Shown: piece by piece, positions 21,868-35,764 of the stretch
How the letters are laid out: every line of letters starts with the position of its first letter
Numbering within the stretch: the stretch's first letter is position 1
Position numbers and translations under genes: made by a program
The notes under the pieces: model-generated
Told to the model about the DNA's origin: nothing
Database searches by the model: none
What the model saw: the letters and a program-made list of their open reading frames with translations, nothing else
DNA from: Phaeosaccion multiseriatum
Lineage: Eukaryota; Protista; Ochrophyta, other classes
Direction: 5' to 3'
Length of the DNA: 64,000 nucleotides
Assembly: GCA_965112735.1 (NCBI GenBank)
Contig: OZ218953.1
Location: 186,001 to 250,000 of the forward strand

Positions 21868-23316
21868 TTAGGCCAGGAGCGCTGAGAGCTCCTCAGCAAC
21901 ACGCTTCCCCATCTCCTTGCAGCCCACCAGCGTGCACCCGTCTCGCATAATGTCCGCCGTGGCGAATCCCTTTTCCATGACCTGGTCCACCGCCTGCTCC
22001 ACCAGGTCTGCCTCCTCCCCCCTGCCCAAGTCGTAGCGCATCATCATGGCCGCAGAGAGGATCATTGCTAACGGGTTTGCCTGGTCCTGCCCCGCAATGT
22101 CCGGTGCGGAGCCGTGGCAAGGCTCAAATACGCCCGGCCCGTCGGGTTGCCCTACGGACGCACTGGGCAGCATGCCCAGGGATCCCACAAGCATGGACGC
22201 CTCGTCCGACAAAATGTCGCCAAAAATGTTCCCTGTCACAATGACGTCAAACTGCTTTGGCCAGCGAATAAGCTGCATTGCCGCGTTGTCCACGTACTGA
22301 TGTGTCAGCTCCACCTCGGGGTAGTCCTTAGCCACTTCTATGACAACGTCCCTCCACAACTGGCTGACATCCAGCACGTTGGCCTTGTCCACAGAACAAA
22401 CGCGCTTATCGCGCTTCATGGCAACATCAAAGGCAACCTTTGCGATCCTCTTGATTTCATGCTCGTAGTAAATCATGTTGTTGTAACCGACGCGTTCGCC
22501 GCTGTCCGCCTTGTCAATGCCCTTTGGAGAGAGAGAGAGAGAGAGGTACACATTAAGTCGGGGCGAAGGAGCGAGGATGCGTTAAGAGCGGGGCTGGGGG
22601 GGGGGGGGGCGAGTGTTCGGGCATGAACACACTCTCCTTGCATTCCGTGGGAGACTTGGAGTGAGCAGCTCTTGGGCCTACACAAGAGGGTTGACGTTCA
22701 ATACCTTCGGTTCGCCAAAATACACATCGCCAGTGAGTTCCCGGACCACCATGATGTCCACCCCCTCGACGATTTCCGGTTTCAATGTAGACGCATCCAG
22801 AAGCTGCTTCATCACCTTGGCCGGTCGAAGGTTGGCAAAAAGACCAAGCTCCTTGCGCATTGCGAGCAAGCCTGTCTCTGGCCTCATATCTCGAGGATTT
22901 CCATCCCACTTGGGGCCGCCAATGCAAGACAGAAGGACAGAATCCGACTTCTTAATAGTCTCGGCCGTTTCCTTCGGCCAGGGAGATCCAACGGCGTCGA
23001 TCGCTGCGCCCCCTATCAGCGCCTCCTCAAAGTTCATCTGGAATCTCTTCTCCAGGGGCGCCAACGCCGACACTGTGGCTGTGGTGATTTCGGGACCAAT
23101 ACCGTCCCCCGTCAGCAGCACAATGTCGTACGAGTCCTTCCTGTCCGTCTTCATACACAATTGGGACGACCTTCCCTGCCGTCCCCCTCCTACTGCACCT
23201 CCTCCACCTTGCGTACTCGAACGGAGTGCCACCGTCGGCAAGAAAGCTTGCACCTGTCCTCCGCTCGACATTGCGGCTACGGCCAGGACAGCCGCGAGGA
23301 CACGGAGCTCCGCCAT
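21868..23316 (-). CDS. leuB: 3-isopropylmalate dehydrogenase, plastid-targeted, 2 exons
   Basis: [63 protein letters not shown]. Leader is a signal peptide followed by VQA-FLP. Confidence 0.95.
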
Positions 23317-23597
23317 GACACCTTTTTCTTTTTGCAGGGATTTGGGCGGCTGTAGGGACAGGAGTAGTTGGTTCTCTAAATTCACAGGATTTGATTGGGT
23401 GCTTCGGCTCATCCATTGCCGAAGAGTGTTTCCGTAGGTTCCAACTTCTCGATACCCTGACAAGGATTCATAGGGATTGCAATGGTGGGATGCCTTGCAG
23501 TCCAAAAAAAGAGGTTGACGTGCGCCGACAGCTATCGAGAAATGTGCAATTCCAAAAGGCGCTTCTAGCATTGGTTAATTACAAAACGCAAGAGAGT

Positions 23598-24463
23598 CTA
23601 CGACGCTGTTGCGGGCTTGGCGCTTAAGAGGGACAAGGACAGAGAAAACTTTTTCCCGTCCCTGTCCCAATTGCTGAAGAATTTGCCCTCCGTCTTGTCC
23701 ACCTCCTCGTTCGGAATCTTGAACGCAATCGTCTCGTACGGATCGCAAGCAAACAGGACGTACTGGTAGCCTTTATCCGCCGTCTCTATGCGCTGCTCAT
23801 ACGCGCTCATGAATCTGTGCCGCGGCTGCACTCCCTCCTCTGCCTCGGGGTAGTCCACCTCGAAGAGGAGGCTCCGCTGCTGTGTCAGAGGGTCTCGACT
23901 CTTGGTGACTTTGTAGCCAGGCCGACCAATCTTGATTACATTCCTGGTCTCCACTCTTCGGAACGCCTGCGGTTGAATGGGCGTGCTCTTGGCCTCCATC
24001 GCCGCTCGGCGCGCGAGGTTCTGTTGGTGCCTTTTACCTTGAGTATGGGCCAGGTAGTTACCTTCGTTGTTGTGCAGCGTGAGGCAAAGCTTACATTCAT
24101 ACTTCCCCAAGTGGTTCTTCATAAAGTACGGATCCTTGTTCAAGTCAATCGTCTCCATGGCCAATTTCCGGAGTCTCTCCCGCCTGGGGTGGCCGGCAAG
24201 CAGCAGGGGAGGGGCCAAAGGGAAGGGAGAGGGGGCAGGAGTCAAGGGTCAAGGAGGGGTACAGGAGAGAAAGAACACACAGACTGCGCGGATAAGGAGC
24301 ACCCATGGGCGGGTAAAGCCCCAGCCAAATGCCTCCCTGAAAGCTGAAAGCTGCCCCCGTCTCTTGCTGCTGCTGCTGCTGCGCACCTGTCTGCGTTCGC
24401 CTGGGTATCCGACATGACGCCTCCGCCCCCAAATTTGCTGCCGACTCTGTTCTGCATATCCAT
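23598..24463 (-). CDS. SF3A2: Splicing factor 3A subunit 2 (SAP62), 2 exons
   Basis: MDMQNRVGSKFGGGG, ERLRKLAMETIDLNKDPYFMKNHLGKYECKLCLTLHNNEGNYLAHTQGKRHQ, IGRPGYKVTK, PRHRFMSAYEQ. Confidence 0.96.
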
Positions 24464-24754
24464 GGTGGACGTGTCGAGTCTCACGCACAACAACAAAAAG
24501 AAAAGGGTCGTGGCCTTCCCGATTATCCAGCTGCTGCTGCTCCTCTGCCGGCTCCTTCTGCTGGCTGCTCCTGCTCGCTGCTCCTGCTCGCTGCTCCTCC
24601 CGTCGCCTACTCTGCTACTCTGCTGCTCCTCCCGTCGCCTATTGCTCTGCTCCTCTGCTGTGCCCCCTTTCCTCTTCCCTCTCTTTGGTTTTTGGGGTTG
24701 ATCATTGCTTACGCTCGGGCCGCATCCTCAGTGACTTATTTAGTACCAAAATAC

Positions 24755-27700
24755 ATGTTCTCTCCCCGTAGCGAAAGCTTGAGAGAATGGCACGAGTCCA
24801 TCGGTCCAACGGTGGCGACCCTGGTGACTGAGGAGGCGGACTTGGCGTGCAGAAAGAACGGCCTCTCCTTCGAGGGCCTCGTGTCGGCCTTTTCGAGACT
24901 GGCCGACCTTCAGCAGCCCTTCCGGAGCGTCAGTACGACCTACACGATCAACTCTCTGCTGACCAGGTTTACGAGAAGCTCCGGGCTTGAGCCGACGAGT
25001 GTGTCTTCCGCGGACACACTGCTCTCGGCGGCGGTGGAGCTACGAACTGGAGAGGACGGGCTCGAAGGCAAGGTTGCCAGGGTCAAACATGGGGCAGATG
25101 GTGTTCCCAGTGCTGCAAACCCGCGGCCGGAGCAGCAGGAGTGGTGGTCTCGCTTCAGAAGGGTGCTAGAGAGCTCGCTGGAGTGTGAAGAGCATGATCT
25201 CATGCAGTGCCCTGCTGTGGTCATGTTGGTCGTGAGCACGACAGAGGCCAGCGGCGATGCCATGGCCTGCTTCGAGGAGCTTTCGAGCCCTCGCTACCTG
25301 CCCCTGCCCTACCAGACGGGACAATACGACCCCACCAGTGTGAACTACATGTATGTTCTGCTTCACGACAATTGTAAAGGCGTCACGAGCCAGGTAGGTG
25401 TGCGTGGCCTCACCTGAAGCATCCAGCAGAAACCCTCCCTGACTCTGCTTCTTTCCTTCTCTCAACCTGTCACCTACAACCCGCCCCCCCCCCCGCCCTC
25501 TAGGTGGACCCAGATGCCATACTCCGCGTAATGCGAGCGACGCTCCCGCCTGGCCAGTGCAGGCTGCTGAGCATTAATAGCCTGCCCCCGGAGAGTCCGA
25601 ATCTGGGTCAACCCAATATATGGGGAGAGAGTGGGGGCGACGTGGTTCCTTTGGTAGAATCCAGCGGCGCAGATGAGGTGTTGGGTCGATTCCTGTCCCC
25701 GGAGGACTTGGTCCGCGTGGCTGAGTTTGTCGAGGACGTGGTGAGAATGGCCGTCGTGCCTGCCATGGAGCGCCGCATTGTCACGCTCAACACGGTTGTC
25801 AGCAACGTGCGCAAGGGCATCAAAAACGTCGTGAAGAGCTGGTGGCGCAAGCCGAGAGATGCCCCACAAGATGCTGTCGACAGGCCACGGGATGACATTG
25901 CGTCAAGAAGGGGGGGCGCTGTTGCTGTGGCCTTTCGTTACGATTGCATCGAGTCTCAGATCCGGCTGCTGGCAGATAGCGCATTCATCATGCAGGACTA
26001 CGAGTCTGCACTGCGAATGTACAAAATGGTGAGGGACGACTTTAGGGGCTCGAGTCAAACCTTTCCGAAGTCGCTACTTCATTTCGCTTCCGCCGCGGAG
26101 ATGGCGGCAATGAGCTCCGTCCTGTATGATACGGAGGGGAACAAGGGCACGCGTAGGGATCTCGACAATGGCTTTTCGGTAGCGATGGAAGCGTACGAGA
26201 GATGCAGCGAGGAGGGCCTCAGAGCCGCTATTGGAGGAGACGCCGCCACCAGGCCAGAATTGACCGCCCTGGCCAATCGTCTGGCGACTCGCTCGGCTGT
26301 TCTCTACTCGGAGTTGCGAGCGTTGGGGGGGTTTGGAACGTATATTCAGGAACCAGCCTTTGTGGAGGTTGCGGATATCCTCATCCGGGCGTCCTTGCGC
26401 GAAAGTCCTCTTTGTAGGGCAGTCCTATTGGAGAGCGCGGCTTGGCGCTTTGCGCAGGCGCACTGCTTGCGCAAATATGCTTTTCATCTCATCATGGCAG
26501 GGCACATGTGGAGAACGAGCGGCCACATGGTGCATGCTGTGCGTTGTTATGCTTCCGCTCTTGGCAGCTACCACGGAAAGGGGTGGAACGCTGTGCAGGC
26601 GCACGTGCATTCTATGCTGGCCCATTCCATGCATTCTCTCGGCAGGCCTGCGGTGGCTTTGCAATTCTTTCTGCGGCTTTTGATAGACAGTGGGGGAGGC
26701 AGCAGCAGTGTCACAGAACATACCGGCACTGGAAAGACGCACCAAAGCCCGGAGCACCAGGAGAGCTTTATGCAGGCCTTCATTTCGATCTGCAGTGCAA
26801 GTCCAGAGGCTGCGAGGCTGGCAGCGAGGGAGTGGGAGAGTTCCCATGGAGAGGACCTCAGCGTGCTGGTGGAGCGGGGCATCGAGGGAGAGACTGGCAG
26901 TCCTTCAGAGAGCGAAGTGGGGGCGCCCCCTACTGATAGCGGCGTAGACTTACTGGGACTTCAGGAAGATTTTGGGCAAGTGGAGGAGAAGCCTGTACTA
27001 CAACCGGCGACTTTGGATGACGAGTCAGGCCCAGAGATTGTCTTTGAAGATCTGCCGCTGCCCTTGACTCTGGATGACACGGTGGAGATGGTTGAGAGTG
27101 GCAACGCTGCTGCTCGATTCCAAACCACTCCCCCCCTTCCCAGTCCTGCAGTAGACACAGAGGAGATGCTTCAAAGTCTTCTCTGCGAGCTGGCAGCAGC
27201 AGAAAGCGTAGCCAAGGGAGAAGGTCCTTGGTTGGATGTGAGCGTGGGTATCAAGGAGAGAGCTAGGAAGGAGGTGTTTCCTCCAAAGATTCGACCAGGA
27301 CGGCCTTGTACATTCAGTCGGAGGGCTGTGGCAGAGCCACTTAGTGTGCGCGTGCGCTTGAAGAACCCCCTGGCAATTCCCACTCGTCTCGTGGATCTAC
27401 AGCTCATATGCTGCATGCGTCAGTGCCCAGACCCAGAGACGCCTCGGGCGCTGCAGGATGCTTTTTTTCAAGAGGTGCCTTGCCTTGCCTTCTCCGCCTT
27501 GCCCGGGACGGCATTTGATGCGCAGTTTTCGCTGGAATCGAGTGGGCAAGCTCAAGCTGCTCCTCCTCCTCCTCCTGCTGCTGCTGCTGCTGCTGCTGTT
27601 GCTGCTTCTGCTGCAGTTGCTGTCGGTGTGGTGGATACTCAGGACTTGATTCTCGGGCCAGGTCAGGTGGTGGCTGTGACACTGCGAGCTGCGCCGCTCG

Positions 27701-29559
27701 TCGCGGGTGTGCTTCAAATTTGCGGAATTCGATGGCGGATATTTAGCAACAGCAATGACAGCATTGACAGCAGCAGGGTGTGGGGCAGTCACCGCTTCGC
27801 TCCCAAGGGTGGAAGACTCCTACAAGACAGTCGGGAGGAAAGGGCAACGAGAGCGAGAGCGAGCGATCTCTCCTTGTATTCGGCAGTTTTGGGGCCCATG
27901 CCATGGCTGGGCTGTGAGTTGAAGGGGTTTCCTTCGTCTCTTTTGCAAGGGGAGACTTGCAGGAGAACACTGTCGCTGACAAACCACGGGAATGCGCCAG
28001 CTGGCCACGTCATTATCAAGGCAAACTTGCCCTGGGTGAGTTTTGAAGAAAACCAGCCTCCGGCCAGCTGGTATGACTCCAGTCAGAGCGCAGCCATGGG
28101 CGGTGCGGTGGGGGCGTCCGGGACGGTACTCCGCCCGCCTGTGGGCACTCTGGAGCCGGGCCAGACGGCAGAGGTTGCCGTGTGGTTAAGGGGCCGCGGC
28201 GGGGGAAAACACACCCTTCACTTCCTGCTCACGTATCGGAGGGTGGACCTGGGGGAGGGTGGGAATGGCGAGGGGGGCGTTGACGGGATGAGCGACATGG
28301 AAAGGCTGACGGCGAACCTGGGCAGTGCTACCACCAAGGGGGCGCCGTTTTTGAGGACACTGCTCCTTTCTCATGAAATGTGCGTATTTCCGTCGCTCTC
28401 TGTGGCGGCCTCTGTGCTTCCGAGCTACAACGCCAGGGGAGAGTACGTGCTGTCCTTGGAGATTACCAACCACAAAGATGAAGGTGGGGTAAAGCTCCGC
28501 ACCATTTGCGCGCTCAGTTGCTTTTGGCGCATGGAATTCCTGGCCGGAGAGGACCGAGACGAGGTTACGGTGCACCGGCGGGAGCGCGTCACCCTCCACT
28601 TTCGTCTTTTTCCGGCCTTGGGCGAAGGAGGCGGTGCGACAAGGCCGTCTGCAGATCCGTTCCCCATTTCGAGAAGCATCTGTGCTCTGCATGCTGGCCC
28701 CGGGGCGGGCGTAGAACCGCAGGTGCAGCTCTTGTGCTTGGAACAAGCTGCGAGTGTGCACAGCATTGCACAAGAGAAGCACGAGCAGCAGCTGGTGGCG
28801 GAAGAGGCTGCTGCTAGCTCAAATCATCCCCAGACCATTCAAGCCATCAGGCGGGAGGCGAATCGAAAGCGCGCTCTGGTGCAGCTGCACGATGCCGAAA
28901 AGGAACGAGAGAGGGAGTGGCGCCTCATGCATCATGCCCACCCGACTTCATTGTCCGCTCTCTGTTCTCCAGGGGCTTCTGTAGCAAATCTCATGATCGC
29001 ATGGGGTGTGGGAGAGAAGGATGACTTGAAAGCGGGCCAGCACCACGTGCGGGGCCTCGTTATCCGGCCCTTGACGGTAGAGCGCCAGTGCCCTCTGGTG
29101 CTCACTGTGAAGTACCCACCACTTGTTGGCACCACAGACCTGGTTGGTGTCGACGTCTGCATCACCAACAGACTCGCCGGCGCACAAGGTGACGTGCGCT
29201 TCGTGTTCGAGGTGCGGCCCGACGACGGAGCTCGAGAGCTCGCCACCTCTCCGCCCTCTGCCTCTCCTGCGGCACACACCACGGGTGCTGTAGGCGGCAC
29301 CAAGCCGGGCACGGGGCAGAAGAGACCGCAGCACGGCTTTGTATGGGTGGGGCCCACGCGGCGCAGTGTCTCCAAGCTCTCCCCGGGAGATAGCTGCGTT
29401 GTGGCTCTCAAGGCGCTGTTCCTCCGGCCAGGCGTGTACGACCTCAACAGGTTCCGCTTCTCGGTAGACCTCTGTAGTCAACGTCCACAGCAGGGCAAAA
29501 TAGTCTTCGTCTTCCCCGCCAAGTTCAACATTCGCGCTGCCGACGCAGCGGCAGGATAG
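24755..29559 (+). CDS. TRAPPC8: Trafficking protein particle complex subunit 8 (Trs85)
   Basis: N-terminal CRKNGLSF, IRLLADSAFIMQDY, RKYAFHLIMAGH and C-terminal GVYDLNRF. Intron ~25393-25503; the start is uncertain. Confidence 0.88.
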
Positions 29560-29810
29560 GTGTAACAAATGAATGAATAGTAAGAGGTTTAGGTTTCAGT
29601 TTCAGTTTCAGTTTTATGTTTTAAAATATACTGGAACTGAACCCCCACCTCCCACTCCCCCTCCTTTTGCCGCTTTTCGCTCCGAAGGGAGAAGAGGAAG
29701 AGGAGCTCAGCGTGCGGTGCGGTGGGTGGGAGAGGTGGTGAGGTTGGGATCAGGCGCCGAGGAAGTAGGCCCCTCCCCGTCGGGAGAGGTCCAACCTTTG
29801 CCGTTCGGTG

Positions 29811-30593
29811 ATGTGGGCCATATCGCTCGTCCTGGGCTTTTCCTTTTTCGTTTCGGGTCACTGCTTTTTGACGCCACAGCCCGTGCAGATGCTGCTCTTG
29901 GAAAGGACTCAGATGAGTAGCCGTAACAGCGGCAGCAGCAGCAGCAGCGGTAGGAGGGGGGGGGCGTGTGGGAAGGTTGCGCTCACTCATCGATACTCTT
30001 TCAAGGCATTGCCACAAGCGTGCTTTGCGCGACCAGCGGGGGGTGTCCGGTTTGCGCGGTCTCCATCAAACGGGGGCGACGAGGAAGCAAGCGATGACGC
30101 AGACCAAAAGCCTGCGCAAAGAGGAGCCTTCGGAAGCGCCACTGCTGCTGCTGGTCAAGTGTGGAGGGCCATCCTGAGCCTCTCTCTCCTGGTTTCATTG
30201 GTGTTGGCAGCAAACTCGCTGTACACGCTCAAGACCACTCCTCTCACAGTGGGTAACGTGGGTTCGACAGTGAGCTACCTCCTTCCCCTGGCTGGCTTTG
30301 GGTACCTTGGCGCGCTGCGTCTCTTCGGCCTTGTGGCTCGAGTGGTGCGCGTCCTTCTGACTGTTCCAGTGGTTGTTGGTGGCACCTATTATTTCCTGCC
30401 GCACTTGCCCGCTATGCTGCAGCATTCCGACAAGAGTGTGGGCTCTGTCGCGTTGGTGTCTCTGGTGGCTACACCGGAGGTCTTCGAAGCAATTGCCCTC
30501 TTGGCGATTCTGTTATCCTCAGTCGTGTGGCTGCTGGGGAAAGCGAAAGACCTCGCTCCGGTCGTTAAGGACCGTGCAGGGGAAGAGGACTGA
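29811..30593 (+). CDS. Hypothetical multi-pass membrane protein, probably plastid-targeted
   Basis: Signal peptide followed by HC-FLTP, a Ser/Arg-rich transit region and ~4 hydrophobic helices. Confidence 0.65.
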   Translation: MWAISLVLGFSFFVSGHCFLTPQPVQMLLLERTQMSSRNSGSSSSSGRRGGACGKVALTHRYSFKALPQACFARPAGGVRFARSPSNGGDEEASDDADQKPAQRGAFGSATAAAGQVWRAILSLSLLVSLVLAANSLYTLKTTPLTVGNVGSTVSYLLPLAGFGYLGALRLFGLVARVVRVLLTVPVVVGGTYYFLPHLPAMLQHSDKSVGSVALVSLVATPEVFEAIALLAILLSSVVWLLGKAKDLAPVVKDRAGEED

Positions 30594-30798
30594 GTGCATC
30601 CGCGCGCATCCCACACACCACCAAGAGAGAGGGGTAGACCACGCAACGCGCGACATTCTATACTCTGGCAGATGAGCTCAACCTGGGTGGCGCACATCGG
30701 CTGCCTGGGGGGGCAGCGTGGCAAGGTTATGGACAGGCAAGTTCAAGTTCGAAGTCTTTCATTACGAAGAGGGCTCAAGTCACTTCGGGGAAGGCTCG

Positions 30799-32059
30799 TC
30801 ACGTCGCCCACGGCAAAGTCCAGTGGGTAGTCTGTGTGTCGTGGTCAACATAGTACCGGCGCCCGTCAGGTGTCTGCCTCTCTTCCCACGATGGGGGTAG
30901 TGCTTGTGGTCCACGAGGTGGCTGCTGCTGGACGTAAACCTGCTGCTGCGGCGGCGGCGGTTGCTGTACGAACGCTGGCTGCTGCTGGACGTACATTGGC
31001 TGCTGCTGGACGTAAACCTGCTGTGGTGGGGGCTGATGGTACTGCTGCGGTGGGGGCTGATGGTACTGCTGCGGTGGGGGCTGATGGTACTGCTGCGGTG
31101 GGGGCTGGTAGAACTGCTGCTGAACGTGCTGCTGTGGCGGCGGCTGCTGAGCATACCCCAACCCAGGAGAGGACTGGATCGGGTTCGGGGCTCCACTGAG
31201 TGGTGGAGCAGGACCAGAGGCCGTTGCCAGCGATGAGCCGTCACCACCCTCCATACTCAGCTCCATATTCACATGGCCAGCGGGCCGCCCCTTTTGATCG
31301 AAGAGAGGATACCTGCGGCAAGAAGAAGCAGCAAGGGTCGACTTTCTGAATACCGCTCTCACCATTCCCGGAAGAATGAAAGGACGCCCGCGGTGGGGCT
31401 TGGTAGAGTTAAGACCTGCCGGAACAGGAGAGACAAAAAGAACCCCGTGCACACACGCACCATGCATCCGTGGCTGTGGAGGGGATGGTCGCAATCTGGA
31501 CTTTGCCCATCCCTATCGTCTTGGAGTCCGTCACGTTTTTGTTTTTACACTCAATGTACAGCGAGTCGTTTGCACAGTCAGAGCAATTGAACATAAATTT
31601 GTCGCCCCATACAGCACGCTTCCCGCCGTCTTGATGCACCTGTGCAGGCAGAAACGCGCAGTGAGTCAGGGGGGCAATCAATCGGGGAGTTGTTTGTGCT
31701 TCAGTACTCTTACCCTCGTCTTGACGCGTTGGCCTCCATGGCCTGCCCAAAGAATCAAGTAGGGGTCCTGCGCAAACCAGAAAGGGGTTATTGATACTAT
31801 TTTGGAATCTCAGGGCTGCTATTCCCACCACACTGCGCAGCTTCAGCAAGTACTTACTTGCCGTCCCAGCCGCTGCGTGTCCCGCAGATCCCGAGCTCCT
31901 TTGGCTACCACTGATAACTGCCAGGTGGGGGAGAGACGGGAGGAACAGCCAGAGAAATGAGTCGACCTCTCTCTCTCCACCTCCGACAGCACCCTAAAAC
32001 AAGCGGGAAACTACTCTTTTGATCCTCTGCGACTCCTGGCACTTTACGCACGCACCATG
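30799..32059 (-). CDS. C2-domain / Pro-Gln-rich / WW-domain protein, multi-exon
   Basis: C2 exons AKGARDLRDTQRLGRQ-DPYL and HQDGGKRAVWGDKFMF..IGMGKV; WW domain LPPSWEERQTPDGRRYYVDHDTQTTHW. The 5' end is uncertain. Confidence 0.85.
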
Positions 32060-32755
32060 AGCAAGCACCAGGCAGTGGATCAAGTGTATAGAGAGGGTGC
32101 CGCGAAGGTCATTGAACCGAGAGACAATTTGTTTTTTTCAGGAGAAAGGAGGAGGAGGAGGAGGAAGAGAAAGAAGAAGAGGAGGGAAACGAGGAGGAGG
32201 AGGGGAAGACGCGGAGGAGGAGAAGAAGGAGGAGGACGAGGGCAACACGTGCAACAAAAAAGAAGCGTCTTTGATTTTGCCGAAAAGGACGAAAGGACAA
32301 GTCGCCAAAATACCCAAAGTGAAGTTGGGTCCGGCGGGGCCCAAATACACCCCATTCGGTGCGGCGTGCGCGTAGTTCCTGGCTCTGTTCATGGCAGCCT
32401 CCCTCGCCAAGGGGTTGAGGTCATTTGAGACCTTCGCCGGAGGGTTCCAACCGGAAGCGGATACCTCATCGCAAAACCGCTCGTGTGTTCCTCTCGAAAG
32501 CGGGTGTCTCAAACGCGTCGAAAGTGGGTGCCTTGGCTACCCAAAGCGCTCCGGAGTGACGGCCGACCGGGGATCCGCCTTGGCCGTGTGAGAGTTGGAC
32601 GTGCGTCCAACAACTGCAGAGTCTGGTACATCGAGTCGTGCACGGAGGACCAGGGGGTCGGGTGAGGTGGATTGGGTTGTGCGCCTTCCGCGGTCAACCG
32701 AAACCTCGCTGCACCCGCCCCTTTTATGACCACCCACTGCGTAGTGGGCCTCTCT

Positions 32756-34353
32756 TCAAGTCTGCGCCAAGTCCACCCTTACTGTCTTTCCAGAAGCGGC
32801 GCGGAACATTCGGTCGCTCACAGCCTCTGCGACACCCTCGTCGCCCTGACTCGGTACAGGAGCTAGCAAGAGGCGTTTGGCGCCCTCCTGCGCCTCTGCC
32901 CATCTCAACGATGCAAACAGCTGTGCTGCAGCGACATGGGTGTCCCCGTGGGGGGACAGGTCTCTGTAGGCCAGGGCGGGGCCGCGAAGCTGACTTAGCT
33001 GGCCTCCAAAGTCGAGCACCACGGCGTCGTCCAAGCTCTGTTGCTGCTGCTGCTGGTGCACGCTATTTACATGCTTCTTGGTAAGCACCATGTATGTGTC
33101 TATGTCGGGGGCGTAATGGCGGAGGAGCTGCCCCGGAGCTTGCGTCGCCACCGTCTCCCCCACCACCGCTCCGTGGACGACGGTGTGCACGGTGAATCCA
33201 GGAAAGTCACTGCCCAAGGCGCCCACAATTTGTGGCTCAGACACAGCCCCGCGCCGTAGCACAATGATCTTCCTGGCAGACGTATCGAGCTTGGCCACGG
33301 TGGATTCAATCCCTACTTTGCACGCCTGCTCTGCATCCCCGTCGACAATGAGCAGGGCGCTTCCGTTCAGGTCTTCCGCCACGTGCTGCGCTGAGGTTGG
33401 GCTGCGTGTGCGTGTTCGAAAAGACGAAGTGCATGGTCAGGTCTCGGGGTTCGGATGCACGGGAGGTACCAACTCGCACGCAGCCATCACCTGACGTGTC
33501 CGAATCGATTGGCACTTGGCGCGGCAATGGGCACAGCAGCCATACGAAGCAAGCTCTGCGCTACAGGATGGTCCGGGCACCTGGTGCCAACAAAACCCGT
33601 GGAGGCTGTCACACACGACGGGAGGTCCTTGCTCGCCCGGGCAATCAGGGTGAGGGGCCCCGGCCAAAATGCCTTTCCCAGGTGCAGGAAAAGCCGACGC
33701 GCCTCGGAAGCGTCGTGATAATCCTGGAGCACAGAGGAGGTGGGGCGGTGTCAAAAGAGCTGCTTGTGTGTTCTTCCCTCCCCACACAAGATACTCTCCT
33801 CGGAACAGTCAAAGTCGAGGTGGCGAAGCGCTGCCTCCGCGTCAGGCACGTGCACGATCAAGGGGTCCGTCAGCGGTCGCTTCTTGGCCTCGAAGATACT
33901 AAGCACTGAGGGGAGGAAGACGTAAGCAGCAGCAGCGGCAGCAGACAGCTTTGGGGAACGCTCCGCGCGTCACTCACCGGCAGATTCCTTCAAGGCATTG
34001 GCCCCCAGACCATACACTGTCTCCGTGGGAAAAGCCACCAAGCGTCCTTCCCTCAGCGCCTGACTCGCCTCCGCAAGGCATGCATTGTTCGCCCCGATTA
34101 TCCGGGTCGTCGCCAAAGGAGAGTTCGCCTCCTCCGCTGCTGCTCCTGCTCCTGCTCCTGCTCCTGCTGCTGATGATGATGAACCTTGGAGCGGCAGCTG
34201 CTTGGTTGTCATGGTGCAGGGAGTCCACCGCCTCGAGGTTGGTGCTGCAGGCTTCGCAAGAGAGCAGCAGCTTCGCAAGCCCCAGCCTCGAAAGCACTGG
34301 AGCATGCAAAAGAGCAGTAGTAGGAGCGGGTCAAGCTGTATCTTAGGACCCAT
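32756..34353 (-). CDS. SUA5: Threonylcarbamoyl-AMP synthase (Sua5/YrdC with SUA5 C-terminal domain)
   Basis: LVAFPTETVYGLGANA, KKRPLTDPLIVHV, FWPGPLTL, AAPSANRFG, VGIESTV, APGQLLRHYAP. Confidence 0.94.
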
Positions 34354-34472
34354 TCCAGTGGCGGAGACGCGGGAAGCCAAAAAACCGCAAGTCAACAAAT
34401 CCCCTTGACCCCGGCCTTTTCATTCCTCATGTGTTGCTTGGTGATGAAGAACAGCAGGAGCAGAAGCGGGTG

Positions 34473-35764
34473 ATGCACGACAAGGCTCGTGCTCTTTGGC
34501 TGCTTCTCCTGTATTCCTTGGTGCCGGCGGTGTGCTCGCTGCTCGGGTCCTCCCCCTGGGTGGAGAGGCAGCAACTGGAGGGGTGGGGTAGCAGCAGCGG
34601 GGGCAGCGCAGAGGCAGAGTTCGTTTCTGCTACTTCGACCACAACGACTCTCATTCTTGGGCGGAATGGAAACTCGGTTGGCGCTCAGCACGCGCGACAT
34701 GAGCGCGCGCCAGAGGTCCGTTTGTCGCCCACATACAGCTCACTGTACTGTATGGCTCCTCAACGCAGCACCTTTTCTCTGTGCAGGAGGGGACCCTCAA
34801 GTGGCTGCAGAGAGCCTTGGAAAGTGGAAGGAGGGGGGATGTTATAGCACACGTTGGAGGTGAGTTTCATGCGCAAGCTTGCCAAGAGCCTTCGCCTCAT
34901 TGGCTTGCTCCCCTTGTGACTCAACCACAGGAGTCCTGGACAAGGTGGCAGACGTAAACGATCTGCTTGGCAAGGGCTCTCACAGACGCAAGACCCCTTT
35001 CCATTCGACGGAGGCTCCAGCGGTGGCGATTCGGGACTATGTGGACAGAGTGGGGCGCCACATGGGGAAGTACTGCCCGAGCATCTGCCTCCTCATTGCA
35101 ATGGTGTAAGTCAGTTCTGTCGGGCCCTGCCCTCTTTCTCTTGCGAGAAGAGTTTTTTTGGAAGAAGGCTACCAAATGGGTCCTTGCAACAACCCAGAGC
35201 CGCCTATGCCCTTCCCCTTGAACCCAATAGTGTCCGCGCGCCCTATATTTGTCGGCGTCGTCTTGATGCCCCGTTCCCCTCCCCACAGATATCTGGACCG
35301 CTTGGCGTCTCCCGACTCTGAGCTGCACTTGCACGTGAGCAGTTTGACGGTGCACCGCCTCTTTGTGAGTGCCCTGCTTGTAGCCATGAAGTACATCGAA
35401 GAAGGCAAGTTATTTTCTTATTCCAACAACTGTCTGGAGTGAACACCAGCCAACCACCAACCCCGGTTGTCGTGTTTTCTTACGCGCGTCCACCGCAGGC
35501 CCCTCGAAGACAGTATTCGGGGAGGAGTACTACCGCCTGGCCAGCGAGGTGACTGGCTTTTCCCCCACCGAACTCATCCACTTGGAGAAGGACATGCTGG
35601 AGGCCCTCGTCAAGGACACTTTCGTCGCACATGACGAAGTCGTCGCAGCGGCGGGGAATCTTCTGCGGAGGGAGCTCGAGGTAACTGCTGTTGGGAGTGG
35701 TGGTGCTCGGAGAGAACGGCTCGTAAGAGACGGGTTCAGGGACCTCCCGCCGCCCTTCCAGTAG
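34473..35764 (+). CDS. PHO80/P-U-type cyclin, multi-exon
   Basis: TPFHSTEAPAVAIRDYVDRV, LLIAMVYLDRL, VHRLFVSALLVAMKY, TELIHLEKDML. The start is inferred from splice phase. Confidence 0.82.
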
